DNA from: Robiginitalea aestuariiviva
Lineage (GTDB): Bacteria > Bacteroidota > Bacteroidia > Flavobacteriales > Flavobacteriaceae
Reading direction: 5' to 3'
Length of the DNA stretch: 64,000 nucleotides
Assembly (NCBI RefSeq): GCF_029537735.1
Contig: NZ_JARPUQ010000001.1
Span: forward strand, 776,696 to 840,695
Positions 30,257 through 41,100 of the stretch are shown here, one piece after another. The notes under the pieces were generated by a model. It was given only the letters and a program-made list of their open reading frames with translations, did no database searches and was not told where the DNA came from. Within the stretch, counting starts at the first letter, position 1. Every line of letters begins with the position of its first letter. The position numbers were made by a program, and so were the translations under genes.

Positions 30257-30937
30257 TTATTCCTGGATCTCGCCCAGCTTGCGGAGTTGTTCTTTCTTCT
30301 CCTCCAGCTTGACCTTGCCTCTGCGGATGGTCTCTTCCAGTTCGTTGAGCTTGGTTTCCACCTCGCCCAGTTTTTCTTCCTTTTGGGCAATGACCTCCTG
30401 GTCTTCCCCGGCCTCTTTGGCTTTTTCTACCCGTTGGCGGGCTTCGTCAAGCGCAGTGCGGCCGCGGCGCAGCACGCGCTCATCTTCCTCCAGGGCCACC
30501 TGGGCTTCGTCCAGCTTCTGGCGGGCCTGGGAAGCGCGGTACTGTCCAAATTCCCGGCCGGTCATATCGCCTTTGAACTGGCCGTAAGCGTTGCCCTTCT
30601 TCTCGGCCTTCTCTTTCATCTTGCCGGCCTGCTCGCGCATTTCTTCCCGGCCTTCTTCCATTTCCTCTTCCATCTCACGGGCTTTCTCGCGGGCTTCTCC
30701 AGCCTGCTCCTTGCCCTTCTCCTGCATCTCACGGGCTTTCTCCTTGCCTTTTTCGGCCTGGGCTTCCGCCTCTTCCATGGTGCCTTCGGCCTGGTCCTGG
30801 GCCTTCTCTTTCTTCTGCTGCGCCATCTCGCGCTTCTCTTTGGCTTTTTCCTTGCCCTTATCCTGGGCTTTTCCCTGAGCCAGGCCTGTAGCGGTGTACA
30901 TCAGGGCCAGCAGGGCTGCAAATACAATACGTTTCAT
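30257..30937 (-). CDS. Secreted Lys/Glu/Ala-rich low-complexity coiled-coil protein
   Basis: Signal peptide MKRIVFAALLALMYTATGLAQG followed by about 200 aa of E/K/A/R repeats. Confidence 0.55.
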   Translation of the reverse strand: MKRIVFAALLALMYTATGLAQGKAQDKGKEKAKEKREMAQQKKEKAQDQAEGTMEEAEAQAEKGKEKAREMQEKGKEQAGEAREKAREMEEEMEEGREEMREQAGKMKEKAEKKGNAYGQFKGDMTGREFGQYRASQARQKLDEAQVALEEDERVLRRGRTALDEARQRVEKAKEAGEDQEVIAQKEEKLGEVETKLNELEETIRRGKVKLEEKKEQLRKLGEIQE

Positions 30938-30952
30938 ACGGTTAGGGTTTAA

Positions 30953-31159
30953 TTAAATACTGTCTAATTCTTTAATGAGGGCGTCTACCTCTTCGGCCTT
31001 TTCCTTGATCACAGTAGTGGTGGAATCTACCGCCTGTTCTACGGATTCAATGGCTTTTACCTGTTTTTCCACGGCTTCCTGCTCCTTGGCGGAGTCCTTG
31101 CAGGAGGTGGCGAAAAATCCCAGCATCAGGATGCCGGCGAGTAGGGTTTTTGCTTTCAT
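30953..31159 (-). CDS. Small lipoprotein, hypothetical
   Basis: MKAKTLLAGILMLGFFATSCKD lipobox; 68 aa. Confidence 0.4.
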   Translation of the reverse strand: MKAKTLLAGILMLGFFATSCKDSAKEQEAVEKQVKAIESVEQAVDSTTTVIKEKAEEVDALIKELDSI

Positions 31160-31234
31160 AATGGTATTGGGTTTGTAGCTATATACGTTCAGACACCGGT
31201 TTTGGACGTGGGTCACATCCGGGCCGGGCCCAAA

Positions 31235-31264
31235 CAAAAAAAATCCACCTTGCGGTGGATTTTT
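31235..31264 (-). terminator. Rho-independent terminator downstream of the flotillin gene
   Basis: ATCCACC-ttgc-GGTGGAT hairpin flanked by an A8 run and a T5 run. Confidence 0.5.
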
Positions 31265-31280
31265 CTTCGGGGCCTGTGCC

Positions 31281-32720
31281 TTACTCGGGCGACGCCTCCG
31301 ATTCGGGGGCGGCAGGGGGCTCCTGCCCGCCGGCCTCCGGGGTTTTCCCCTTGAGGTAATCCGGCAGTTGCATCCCCGCCATATTGAACATTTCCTGCAG
31401 GGGCGGTACCGACTTGTACATGCCGGAAATAAAATTGGAGGTAGCGGTTTTGCCGTCCTCCCCGGAGCCGCTCTCCCATACCGTAATCTTGTCGATCTTG
31501 ATGTTTTGGATGGCTTCGGCCTGCAGCTTCACCAGCTCCGGCAACTTGTCCGCAATAAGCAGCAGCACCGCATCCTTGGAGTTGTTGCCTGCCGCTTTTA
31601 CAATCTCGTCCAGACCGGCTGCCTGCTTGGTGAGGACCTCGTAGATCCCCTTGGCTTCGGCCTGGGCCTTAAAGAGGATGGCATCGGCCTCCCCCTTGGC
31701 CCTGCGGCGGATCTGCTCGGCCTCGGCTTCGGCATCGATCTCCACCTTGTTCTTGTCGATCTGGGCGGGGACGATAATGTCTGCCATCTGGGAGGCGCGC
31801 TCCCGCTCTGCCCGGGCCTTTTCGGCCTCCTGCTCTGCGGCATAGGACTCTTCCAGGGCCTTAGCGGCCTGTACCTTCTCGGAGGCGATGGCCAAACGCT
31901 CGGCCTCGGCTTCCCGCTGGCGGCGCTCCGCATCGGAGTTGGCAATCTCGATCTTGGCCCGGTTCTCGCCTTCCACTGCCTTGGCGTTGGCGGCCGCTAC
32001 CTGGCTGCGCTCGTCCTGCTGGGCGTTGGCTTCCCCAATGGACCCGTCCCGGTTCTTCTCGGCCACGGACTTCCGGGCGGCGTTAATGGCATGGGCTGCC
32101 GCTTCCTTCCCGAGGGCCTCGATATAGCCGGACTCATCCACGATGTCCGTGATGTTTACGTTAATGAGCTTCAGGCCCACCTTCTTCAGTTCGGACTCCA
32201 CGCTCTGGGAGATGTTGGCCAGGAACTTGTCGCGGTCTGCATTGATCTCTTCAATGTCCATGGAAGCCACCACCAGGCGCAACTGCCCGAAGATGATTTC
32301 CTTGGCGAGCTCCTGTATGTCCTGCAGGCCCAGCCCCAGCAGGCGCTCGGCTGCGTTCTGCATCACCCCGGGCTCTGTGGAGATCCCGATGGTAAAGCGG
32401 GAGGGCACGTTCACCCGGATGTTTTGCTTACTGAGCGCATTGACCAGGTTTACCTCGATGGACATGGGGGTGAGGTCCAGGAATTCGTAGTCCTGGATCA
32501 CGGGCAAAATAAAGGCCGCACCCCCGTGGATGCATTTGGCGGACTGGCCCCCGCCCACTTTTCCGTAGACCACCAGGATGCGGTCGGACGGGCAGCGCTT
32601 GTAACGGCGCACCAGGATAATAAAGAGGATAAAGACAAAGAGGATGGCAAAGCCGATGGTGACCACCTGGGCAAAGCCGTTGCCCTCCTGTGCCTGTAGC
32701 AATAAAAAGAGGTTGATCAT
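31281..32720 (-). CDS. Flotillin-family SPFH/Band-7 protein
   Basis: N-terminal TM helix, SPFH domain, long Ala/Glu-rich coiled-coil (EAEAERLAIASEKVQAAKALEES...). 479 aa. Confidence 0.85.
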   Translation of the reverse strand: MINLFLLLQAQEGNGFAQVVTIGFAILFVFILFIILVRRYKRCPSDRILVVYGKVGGGQSAKCIHGGAAFILPVIQDYEFLDLTPMSIEVNLVNALSKQNIRVNVPSRFTIGISTEPGVMQNAAERLLGLGLQDIQELAKEIIFGQLRLVVASMDIEEINADRDKFLANISQSVESELKKVGLKLINVNITDIVDESGYIEALGKEAAAHAINAARKSVAEKNRDGSIGEANAQQDERSQVAAANAKAVEGENRAKIEIANSDAERRQREAEAERLAIASEKVQAAKALEESYAAEQEAEKARAERERASQMADIIVPAQIDKNKVEIDAEAEAEQIRRRAKGEADAILFKAQAEAKGIYEVLTKQAAGLDEIVKAAGNNSKDAVLLLIADKLPELVKLQAEAIQNIKIDKITVWESGSGEDGKTATSNFISGMYKSVPPLQEMFNMAGMQLPDYLKGKTPEAGGQEPPAAPESEASPE

Positions 32721-33304
32721 TATGTGTTAGTGTTTAAAGGTTCTACAATCAGGATGCCGTTGGCCGTGGTTTCGGTAACCTCTACCACGGTGGCCTGCAG
32801 CAGATCTTCGGGGTGGTCCGTAAGGGCCTCCAGCTCGCGCAGGGACCCCTGTACGGTAATCTGCACCTTCCCAATCCGGGAGCGGGCGCCCCCAACGGTC
32901 AGGTATACTTCCCCGATCAGGCCCACGGCGTTGGCAATCTTAAGGGTGCCGCTGCTGGCCAGCTTGTGGATCTGGTAGATCATAAAGGCCATCACAAACA
33001 TCATGGCCAGGCCGCATAGAAAAGAGAGCAGCACTACCATGACCTTAGACATGCCGGCGTCCAGAAAGGCAATGCCGGACCAGCCAAAGATGGTAAAGAA
33101 GCCTACCAGGTTTTTGAAGGTGAAGAACTGGAACCCGATGCCGGTATCCCCATCCACCTCCGCGTCCACGTCCCCGTCGATCTCGCCGGCGTCGCCACCC
33201 AGCACAGTGCTGACCAGGACAAATACGAAAAAGACGGAGGCTATCAGGGCAATGCCCCAGTAGACCTGCTCAAAGCCCGTTAGGGCAGAAAACCATTCGT
33301 TCAT
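32720..33304 (-). CDS. NfeD-family membrane protein (flotillin partner)
   Basis: TM helices plus a C-terminal OB-fold-like region; directly upstream of, and overlapping, the flotillin gene. Confidence 0.7.
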   Translation of the reverse strand: MNEWFSALTGFEQVYWGIALIASVFFVFVLVSTVLGGDAGEIDGDVDAEVDGDTGIGFQFFTFKNLVGFFTIFGWSGIAFLDAGMSKVMVVLLSFLCGLAMMFVMAFMIYQIHKLASSGTLKIANAVGLIGEVYLTVGGARSRIGKVQITVQGSLRELEALTDHPEDLLQATVVEVTETTANGILIVEPLNTNT

Positions 33305-33633
33305 AGGTGTTGGTATTTAGTGTACTCAATATAGGGACTTTCCCTTTCGAAAGGGGCCTTTGCGCGTGCAAAAAATGCGAAAAGGATTACATAGTAGGCC
33401 CGGCCGCAACGGGGCGCCGGCCTTAAGGGTTCCCCCGGCCCACCACTCTGGGTGGCCTGGGGATATTCGGAAAACATCTTTTGGGAATACCGCCTTATTA
33501 TGAGTCGCAAATGTGGGTTATTTGTTACACGTTGAAGACGTATTTTTTGTATATGCGTATAATATTCTATTTATGAGCGCTTTATATGAGTATTTAGCGA
33601 TTATAGTTGTTGTTTGTTCGGGTGTGATACATA

Positions 33634-34285
33634 GCTCCGCAACTGCGTTGCGTCGCTCTATCTCTTCATTTTTTTTGCTGGTCAACCGCTTTTCCTTCCC
33701 TTCGGAATGGTTTTGTTCCGCAACTGCGTTGCGTCACCTCTTTATGTTCATTTTCTTTGCTGGCCCAAAGAAAACGAACCAAAAGAAAGGGCCTTTCCGG
33801 CGAACTTCTGCCCCTTGAAATCTACGTCAGGGGTGCTGCCCGCCGCTGACTTACGCAGCGCTCAGGCGATTGAATCTATAAACTCCTCACTTAAATTCAT
33901 CCACTGGATGAATTTTGGTCGTTCGGCCCTGAAGCGGCTCAACTTCGTTGTCAGCACGCCCTTCCTCGATTTACTACGGTTCAGAACTTATGCCGGGATT
34001 GGGCCCAAACCAAAGAATTGCTAGCGCTAACGAAAGCAAAACTTTACCCAAATCCTAGCCCGTAAATTTTACTTCCGCCGCAGGCGGAAAACCCCCGAGG
34101 TTCAGCGTAAGGTATCGGAAGCGTTAAGAAGGCGGGAAGCCTTGGACCGTCTTTAGCTTCCGGTGCCTGGTTTTGCAGTGCAAACTGCAAAAACGCCTAA
34201 GCGAGGGCGCCATTTTCTTTGCTTCGTTTCTTTTGGGCGAGCAAAAGAAATGAAGAGATAGGGCGACGCGACGCAGTCGCGGAGC
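33634..34285 (+). mobile_element. MITE-like intergenic repeat, copy B (left TIR region partly duplicated)
   Basis: Right end gggcgacgcgacgcagtcgcggagc is the exact reverse complement of the left-end consensus gctccgcgactgcgtcgcgtcgcc seen in copy C. Internal sequence near-identical to copies A and C. Confidence 0.75.
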
Positions 34286-34344
34286 CATCCTCCTGAAAAG
34301 AAAAAAAAAGTTCTTGCAACGCGGAGCAAACTTCAGCTCAGGCG

Positions 34345-35598
34345 TCAGCCAAGTATTGCTTTTAAAATCGGTTCCGAAAAGTCTTCCTTCGCCATTTCAG
34401 CCCCCAGGGCGGCAGCCTGTTTGTGGTAGGCGGGGTTCTCCCAAAGGTCTTTTAGCAACGGTAGTAGCCGGGCTTTGGAGAGGCGGGTAATCCCGGGGCC
34501 TTTGGGGCCCAGGCCCTGTTCGGCCAGCAGGCGGTTCCACATAAACTGGTCTATGATGTGGGGGATGACCAGGCTGGGGCAGCCGTATTTTACGCCCAGG
34601 TGGGTGGTGCCGGATCCCCCATGGTGCACCATGGCATATACCCGGGGCAGGGCCCAGTCATAAGGGATACCGTCTACAAAATAAAACAGGGAGGTGTCAT
34701 AGGTCCCGGGAACCACCAGCCCGCCCCCTGCCGTGTTAATCAGGGCCGGGATGCCCAGGCGCTCCAGGGTACTAAGCAGGATTTCCGTTTTGCGGGCAGG
34801 CTCCGGGTTGGTCATGCTGCCAAAGGTTACAAACAGCACTTTAGGATGGCCCTCTAACCATTGCACAAGCTCCGGAGGCGGGGTCCAGTTCCGGGTTTTG
34901 TTGCGTTCCTGGTAGCCCAGCACCTGTACATGGGGCGGCCAGTACGGCGGGCGCTTAAACAGGGCAGGGGAAATGGTATAAAGGGTGGGTTGCCTGCGGA
35001 GGATGTCCTTTACCCCGGCCCGGGTAGGCCGGGTGGGCATAGGGATCTTTTTGGTGTCGGACAGGATGGATTGCACCAGGCCAAAATTGGCCAGGCCATA
35101 AGAAGCCCGGTTACCCCGCCTGCCCCAGTTTTTGTTGAACGCAATATGGCTGTGGTGGTTCGTGGGGTGTAACATATAGGGCACAGGGCTCAGCAGGGTG
35201 GCCTGCCCGGGGTGCTGCATGCCCCACACAAATCCATAAATGGTCTTGGCGTGGTGAACCACCCTATCGGGCTGTTCCTGTTCCATGCAAGCGGCCTGCC
35301 GCTGGGCCAGTACCCGCCGCATAGGTGCAAAGACCCTGGCCAGTTTGGCGTAGGCCTTGATCTTCTGCCAGGTAGTCCCGCTGCCGCCCATGGCTGTTTT
35401 CCCCAAAGGGCTTTCCAATAACTCCATGAATTCCGGGCCCAGGCTGCAAAAGCGGTGGCCACCGTCTTCGGCCAGGTTGCGGAACTGCTCCGGGAACAGA
35501 CAAACGGTTTCATGCCCGGCGGCCCGCAACAGGTCTGCCACGGCCAGGAAGGGTTCCATATCGCCTCGGGTGCCCAGGGAAGTAAGGAGGATCTTCAC
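34345..35598 (-). CDS. GT1-family glycosyltransferase (UDP-glycosyltransferase/MGT-like)
   Basis: MKILLTSLGTRGDMEPFLAVADLL... N-terminal acceptor domain; C-terminal HHGGSGTT donor-binding motif. Confidence 0.8.
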   Translation of the reverse strand: MKILLTSLGTRGDMEPFLAVADLLRAAGHETVCLFPEQFRNLAEDGGHRFCSLGPEFMELLESPLGKTAMGGSGTTWQKIKAYAKLARVFAPMRRVLAQRQAACMEQEQPDRVVHHAKTIYGFVWGMQHPGQATLLSPVPYMLHPTNHHSHIAFNKNWGRRGNRASYGLANFGLVQSILSDTKKIPMPTRPTRAGVKDILRRQPTLYTISPALFKRPPYWPPHVQVLGYQERNKTRNWTPPPELVQWLEGHPKVLFVTFGSMTNPEPARKTEILLSTLERLGIPALINTAGGGLVVPGTYDTSLFYFVDGIPYDWALPRVYAMVHHGGSGTTHLGVKYGCPSLVIPHIIDQFMWNRLLAEQGLGPKGPGITRLSKARLLPLLKDLWENPAYHKQAAALGAEMAKEDFSEPILKAILG

Positions 35599-35700
35599 CT
35601 TTCTAAGGTAATGAAATGTGATTGCTTTAGTCGGGAACAGAATTCCGCGGCTGCCAAGGAAAATGGAGTTAAAGCGAACCGCTGCGCAGCAGCGGTGAGC

Positions 35701-36432
35701 TCAAAACCGATTTCTTCTAAAGAGGTTCCCTATCCTCCTAAAGATATTAGAACGGTACACCGCAAACCCTCCTAGGACATCTTCCGTCATCTCCACCTGA
35801 AAGGTAATGTTCGCCCCTTGCCCGGGCTTAACCCGGATTTGCTGGGGGTAAAAGCCCAGATAACTCGATACCAGCAGGAGCTCCTTTTCGGCCAGGACGG
35901 AGGCCAGGCGAATGGTGAAGTTGCCGTCAAAATCGGTTTGGGCAGCCAGGCGGGTGCCTACCACAGAAACCCGGGCGCCAGGGAGGGGTACCCCATCGGC
36001 ATCCATAACCACGCCTTTGATTTCGGTACCGGTTTCGGGCATGGGCAGGGACTCGCGGATAATGCCACCCAGCACGGTCTCGGTTTCTACTTCTTCGGGT
36101 TCCTCCTGGGCCACCTGCACTACTTCCACTTTGGTTTCCTGGGCGGAGACCTCGGCTGCGGTGAACATCAGGGAAGTAAAGCCCAGGGCGGCCACCCCTT
36201 CCCGCCACCGCCGCCGCGACGGGTTAGGCAAGGGAGTATCCAGCTGGTCGGGGCGGAAGCGGCCGCAGAGGTTTTGCCCGCCCTGCAGGCGGCGGCCCAA
36301 TTCGGCCAGGGAGGTTTGGGTAAAGTCGATGACTTCTTTTTCGCAGGACGCGCAAAAGGCGCCTTTTTGGGTGGGGGTCATGTGGTGCCAGTTCTCGGAA
36401 CAGGGCTCGGGGATGTGGATGCGGTAGGCCAT
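35701..36432 (-). CDS. Hypothetical protein with N-terminal Cys-rich zinc-ribbon-like region and C-terminal carboxypeptidase-regulatory-like domain
   Basis: CSENWHHM...CASCEKEV Cys pairs; C-terminal beta-rich VSVVGTRLAAQTDFDGNFTI. Confidence 0.5.
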   Translation of the reverse strand: MAYRIHIPEPCSENWHHMTPTQKGAFCASCEKEVIDFTQTSLAELGRRLQGGQNLCGRFRPDQLDTPLPNPSRRRWREGVAALGFTSLMFTAAEVSAQETKVEVVQVAQEEPEEVETETVLGGIIRESLPMPETGTEIKGVVMDADGVPLPGARVSVVGTRLAAQTDFDGNFTIRLASVLAEKELLLVSSYLGFYPQQIRVKPGQGANITFQVEMTEDVLGGFAVYRSNIFRRIGNLFRRNRF

Positions 36433-36586
36433 GGGGTTGGTTTTTTACGCCAAGTACGGCCACTACCTATCAAAAGAAAAGCCCCAATGCGTGAACGGGT
36501 GGTTTCCGTGCGCAAGGGGACTTTTAGGGTGTGTTAAGTGAGCGGCCTTAGAACCACAGTGTTTTCAGGGATACATGGGCAGGGGT

Positions 36587-37162
36587 TTATTCCTCTCCCT
36601 TCCCGGCGTCGGTATCCTTGTGGGTACAGCTGTAGAAGGCGTCGTAGGCGGCGTACATGGCCTTTTCGGAAGACTTGCCGGCTTCGCGGGCGGCTTCCAG
36701 GGACTTGCGCATAAAGAAGTGCAGGTCTCCCAGCTTGCCTACCGTACCGGCTTTCTTGGCATTCTGGTAGGCCTCTTCGGCAAAATCCCGGGCGTCTATG
36801 GCGGCGCTTTCCGCGTTAATGGAAAAGGTTACCACATCGTCCAGGCCGCAGATCTCTGCGTGGAACTGGGCCTCGGAGGCAAATTGTACGGCCTCGTGGG
36901 CGGCAGCCAGGGCCTGGCCCGCCAGGGCTTCCACCTTGCCGGCGTTGTCTTTGCCATCGGCAAAACGGGCGGCATAGGCGGCGGCTTCGGCATAGACCTT
37001 CAGGGAGTCCGTAAGCTGGCCTACGGTAATCTCAAAGTCCTTTACGTCGTTGATTTCGCTTTTGAACAACGCGCATTGCTGCGCCTGGGCAGAGAGCCCG
37101 CCCAGGACCAAAAGGAGCAGGCCCGCAAATCGGGCTTTCAGGGTAGTTTTTAAAGGCATCAC
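36587..37162 (-). CDS. Secreted Ala-rich hypothetical protein
   Basis: Signal peptide MMPLKTTLKARFAGLLLLVLGGLSAQA; 191 aa. Confidence 0.5.
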   Translation of the reverse strand: MMPLKTTLKARFAGLLLLVLGGLSAQAQQCALFKSEINDVKDFEITVGQLTDSLKVYAEAAAYAARFADGKDNAGKVEALAGQALAAAHEAVQFASEAQFHAEICGLDDVVTFSINAESAAIDARDFAEEAYQNAKKAGTVGKLGDLHFFMRKSLEAAREAGKSSEKAMYAAYDAFYSCTHKDTDAGKGEE

Positions 37163-37286
37163 AGGGGTATCAGTAGGTTATTTACGTATGGTTTTAGCGG
37201 ATTTGGGTCTAGCTATAACGTAAAAATGGGGTGGGGATTGTGTATTGAACAATCACGTCGGTAAGATTAAGTGAATTCTTCTAAAT

Positions 37287-38138
37287 TTGATGAAAATGTA
37301 TAAAATGACTTATTCCGGTCACGAAACCTTTCATTGCAGATTGTTTTGGCTTAAAAAAGGGTACGATTATCTGACTGTTAACGATAATTTTTCGGAAGAG
37401 TCAGGGGTTGATTTAGGTGTAGGTAAGAATATGATTAATTCCATCCGCTATTGGATGAAAGCATTCGGCGCATTGGATGAAGATAACAACCTAAGCGCCT
37501 TATTTCAGCAACTTTTGAATGATGAGGGGTGGGATCCTTACTTGGAACATCAAGGCACTAATTGGTTGCTTCACTATATGATTTGCAAAACGAATAATGC
37601 TAGCATATACCGAGAGATTTTTTCTGAGCTCCGAAAACTAAAACCTGAATTTAGCAAAGAACACTTTGTTTCATTTGCCAAGGGTAATAATTCCCGTCTT
37701 CGTGACAATATACTCGGGAAAGACTTTTCTGTCTTCATTCGCACATACATGGATAAAGGATCTGATGGTGATGGGTTCACTTCAGGTCTGTTAGCCGATC
37801 TAAACTTGGTTCATGAGTTGGGCAAGAACTATTCCGGGGAAATTGTATATCGAATAGAAAATCGATTTCCCGATGATCTCCCGAACAAAATTTTATTATT
37901 CAGCATTTTAGACAATCCCGAATATTCTAATTCTATTGACTTCAATTCACTCTATTCTTCAGTAAATGGGCCTGGAAACATTTTTGCATTGAATGAGAGA
38001 GATCTTGAATCAAAATTGGAAGAATTAGCGGATAATTACCCAAGTATAGTTTACAAAAATGAAGCTGGGGTAAAGGAGTTACAATTCAAACAGCCAATTG
38101 ATAAATGGGAAATACTTGATGAATTTTATGCCGAATAA
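37287..38138 (+). CDS. Hypothetical protein, DUF4007-like (tentative); first gene of island operon
   Basis: 283 aa; N-terminal ...SGHETFHCRLFWLKKGY resembles the DUF4007 N-terminus as I remember it. True start may be ATG 37290 or 37305. A TAAATTTG (-7-like) element sits at 37282-37289. Confidence 0.45.
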   Translation: MMKMYKMTYSGHETFHCRLFWLKKGYDYLTVNDNFSEESGVDLGVGKNMINSIRYWMKAFGALDEDNNLSALFQQLLNDEGWDPYLEHQGTNWLLHYMICKTNNASIYREIFSELRKLKPEFSKEHFVSFAKGNNSRLRDNILGKDFSVFIRTYMDKGSDGDGFTSGLLADLNLVHELGKNYSGEIVYRIENRFPDDLPNKILLFSILDNPEYSNSIDFNSLYSSVNGPGNIFALNERDLESKLEELADNYPSIVYKNEAGVKELQFKQPIDKWEILDEFYAE

Positions 38139-41100
38139 CTATTCCACTTCTGTAAATGTAATTAGAGATGAAAATATTGACTTTAATTACATCCCCACTC
38201 CCAATGCTTCAAAGGCAGCATTAGATATTTTCAATAATATACGCGTAACCCATGCATTTAATATTATTGGGTCTTATGGTACGGGGAAGTCATCCTTTTT
38301 ATGGGCTTTAGAAAAAAGCCTTAAAGGAGAGAAGCCATATTTCGGTTTAAACCGGGGCAATTTTAATGACTCTTTCGGCTTCATTAAACTAATTGGTGAA
38401 TATGCCTCTCTCAGGAGCTCGTTTAATGAATACTTCGGAATTAAGGAGGATTACAAGGGCAATCAACTTCTGTTTGAGAAGATTTTCGAAGAATACGAAA
38501 AACTAAATTCAGGATTGCTTGTCATTATAATTGATGAATTTGGAAAACATTTGGAATACGCTTCTAAGAATTCCCCTGAGGAGGAGATATATTTCATCCA
38601 AAAGTTGGCTGAATTTGTCAATGCCCCAAATAGAAATATAATTCTGATTACCTCCCAACACCAAAATTTTAATGCCTACAGTCAAGGATTAGAAGAAGTC
38701 CTGGCAATTGAATGGAGAAAAATCGAAGGCCGATTTAAACAAATATTGTTCAATGAGCCTATTGAACAGCTGCTTCATTTAGCGTTTAGAGGCATACAAA
38801 AACCAAATCAGAATATTGCCCAATCCGAACTTCTGGATCTATTATCAAGTCACCACTTATTTAAATGTTCTAAGGCTCAATTACAGGAAATTGTTGAAGG
38901 TATTTATCCCTTCGATATCATTTCCATTTATGCATTGGCTATTTGTATTCAGAAATATGGACAAAATGAAAGGTCTCTTTTTAACTTTCTCAATTCAGAC
39001 ACCTTCTTGCAGGCTGAAAAAGGGGCAAAGAGAATTTCATTAGATTTTATCTATGACTATGTCTATTCGGAATTCTATTCATTCATTGTAAGCAAAGTAA
39101 ATCCAGATTATTCTCATTGGGCTATTATAAAGGATTCAATTGAACGAGCGGAATCTCTTGTTGAGGGCGAACAAGACACTGCTCTTAAATTAATCAAATC
39201 AATTGGCTTATTGAATCTACTAGCTACAAAGGGTGCTAGAATCGACCTTTCGTTTTTAAAGTCCTATTATTCTAATATTAAAAATCTGACGTCAGGCATT
39301 AAGGAACTTGAAGCCTATCAGATAATTAGATACAATAAATTCAGTCATTCTTACAAACTATTTGAAGGCACAGATCTGGATATTAACCATGCACTTGCAA
39401 CAGCGCAGAATCAGATAGATGCATCAATTGACATTTATAGCCGACTTGGTGCTCATTTAAACCTTAAGCCAGTAATTGCCAAAGCCATTTCTTTTAACAA
39501 AGGAACTCCTAGGATCTTTGAGTTCATTATATCCAACACTCCTGTTAGTAAGATCCCTATTGGTGAAGTCGACGGTTATATTAATCTAATCCTTAACAAT
39601 GAATTAGATATAACCAATCTTATTCAAAGTTTTGAGGCTAATGATGAGGCAATATTGTTTGGAATACTTAGTAAGTCCCATGAAATAGAACTGTCTCTTA
39701 TTGAAATTGAAAAAGTTGAAACTGTTTTAAAAAACGCCACCAATCAACATGACAAAATTGCGCAACGGGAATTAAAATCCATAAAAGAAAGCCACCTTAA
39801 GTTGTTGGAACACTATGTTACAAAGAGTTTTTACAATGGTAACATCCGTTGGTTTGACAATACAGAAGAATTAACATTTCAAAATATTGGAGCATTAAAT
39901 CAAAGACTTTCTCTTATTTGCCAAAGGGTTTATCACGCCACTCCTACATTCTATCATGAGCTAATAAATAGACATAAAGTTTCCGGTTCCATTTCTACGG
40001 CTCGAAACAACCTATTTAAGGCTCTTGTTCAAAGTTGGGAGGAAGAAAATTTTGGATTTCCGGAAAAAAAATGGCCTGCAGAGAAAACAATCTATTACTC
40101 TCTTTTAAAGCGCACTGGTATTCATCGGAAACAAGAAAATCAATTTGAGCTTGGAAGGCCAGAGGAAGTTTCATTTCATGCGCTATGGGATACGTGCGAT
40201 TCATTTCTCGGTGAATCGGTCCATTATCCCTTGCCTATTACGGAATTGCAGGAGCGATTGAAGACAAAACCATTCAAGTTAAAAGAAGGGTTTATTGATT
40301 TTTGGATCCCCATATTTCTTTTTATTCGTAGAAGTGATTTTGCTTTATATAAAGAGGGTAAATATTTGCCTCAAATTAAAGATAACACCCTGCATTTCTT
40401 AATTCGATCGCCTAAAGATTTCGCCTTAAAGGGCTTTCAACTTAGCGACCTAAGGTTGGAACTTTTTAACCGTTATAGGGCATTCTTACATGGGAAAAAA
40501 GTAAGTCGATTTAATAACAGTTCTTTTATAGAAACAATTCGTCCTTTACTTACCTTTTATCAAGGTCTCCCTGATTATTCCAAGAAAACAAATTCAATTT
40601 CCCTTGAGGTTAAACAATTCAGAGAAGCTATAGTCTCCGCTAAAGACCCGGAGAACACTTTTTTTGTGGACATACCAAACGCATTGGGTTATAATGCTGA
40701 ACTACTAGTAAATGATTCGAAAAATTTTGACGTCTACATTCAAAAACTTCAATCCGCAATTGAAGAACTTCGAACCGCTTTCCAAGCTCTAATCGAGCGT
40801 CTTGAGGCCTGTTTTCAGGAAGAAGTATTCAAGGAGAAGTTGGAATTCCCAGAATATAAATTACGTCTAATTGATCGGTATAGTAACATACGCGATTATA
40901 AACTAAACAATGCTCTAAGGAATTTCATCAATAGGCTAGGTGCGCCAATTGATGATCGTGACTCTTGGATATCTTCACTCTCTTTCGTTGTGCTTAATAA
41001 ACCATTAGAGCAACTTTTAGACACTGAGGAACCATTGTTGAAAGAAAAGTTTATTGAGATCTTTAGGTCATTAGATAATCTTTCCGACCTCTCGAATACT

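Noticed and set aside
31368-32699. 443-aa plus-strand ORF opposite flotillin
   Set aside because: Gly/Leu/Val-rich without domain signal; minus strand encodes a textbook SPFH plus coiled-coil flotillin.
33301-33510. 69-aa ORF upstream of nfeD
   Set aside because: Lies in a promoter/palindrome-containing intergenic region; no coding signal; overlaps nfeD start region.
35818-36537. 239-aa plus-strand ORF opposite the Cys-rich/CarboxypepD_reg-like gene
   Set aside because: Gly-rich repetitive product; the minus strand has paired CxxC motifs and a beta-rich domain.
37226-37234. Shared ATTGAACA 8-mer near both island borders (37226 and 47961) as a possible att-site direct repeat
   Set aside because: An 8-mer match in two about 250-bp AT-rich windows is expected by chance; no longer direct repeat could be extended.
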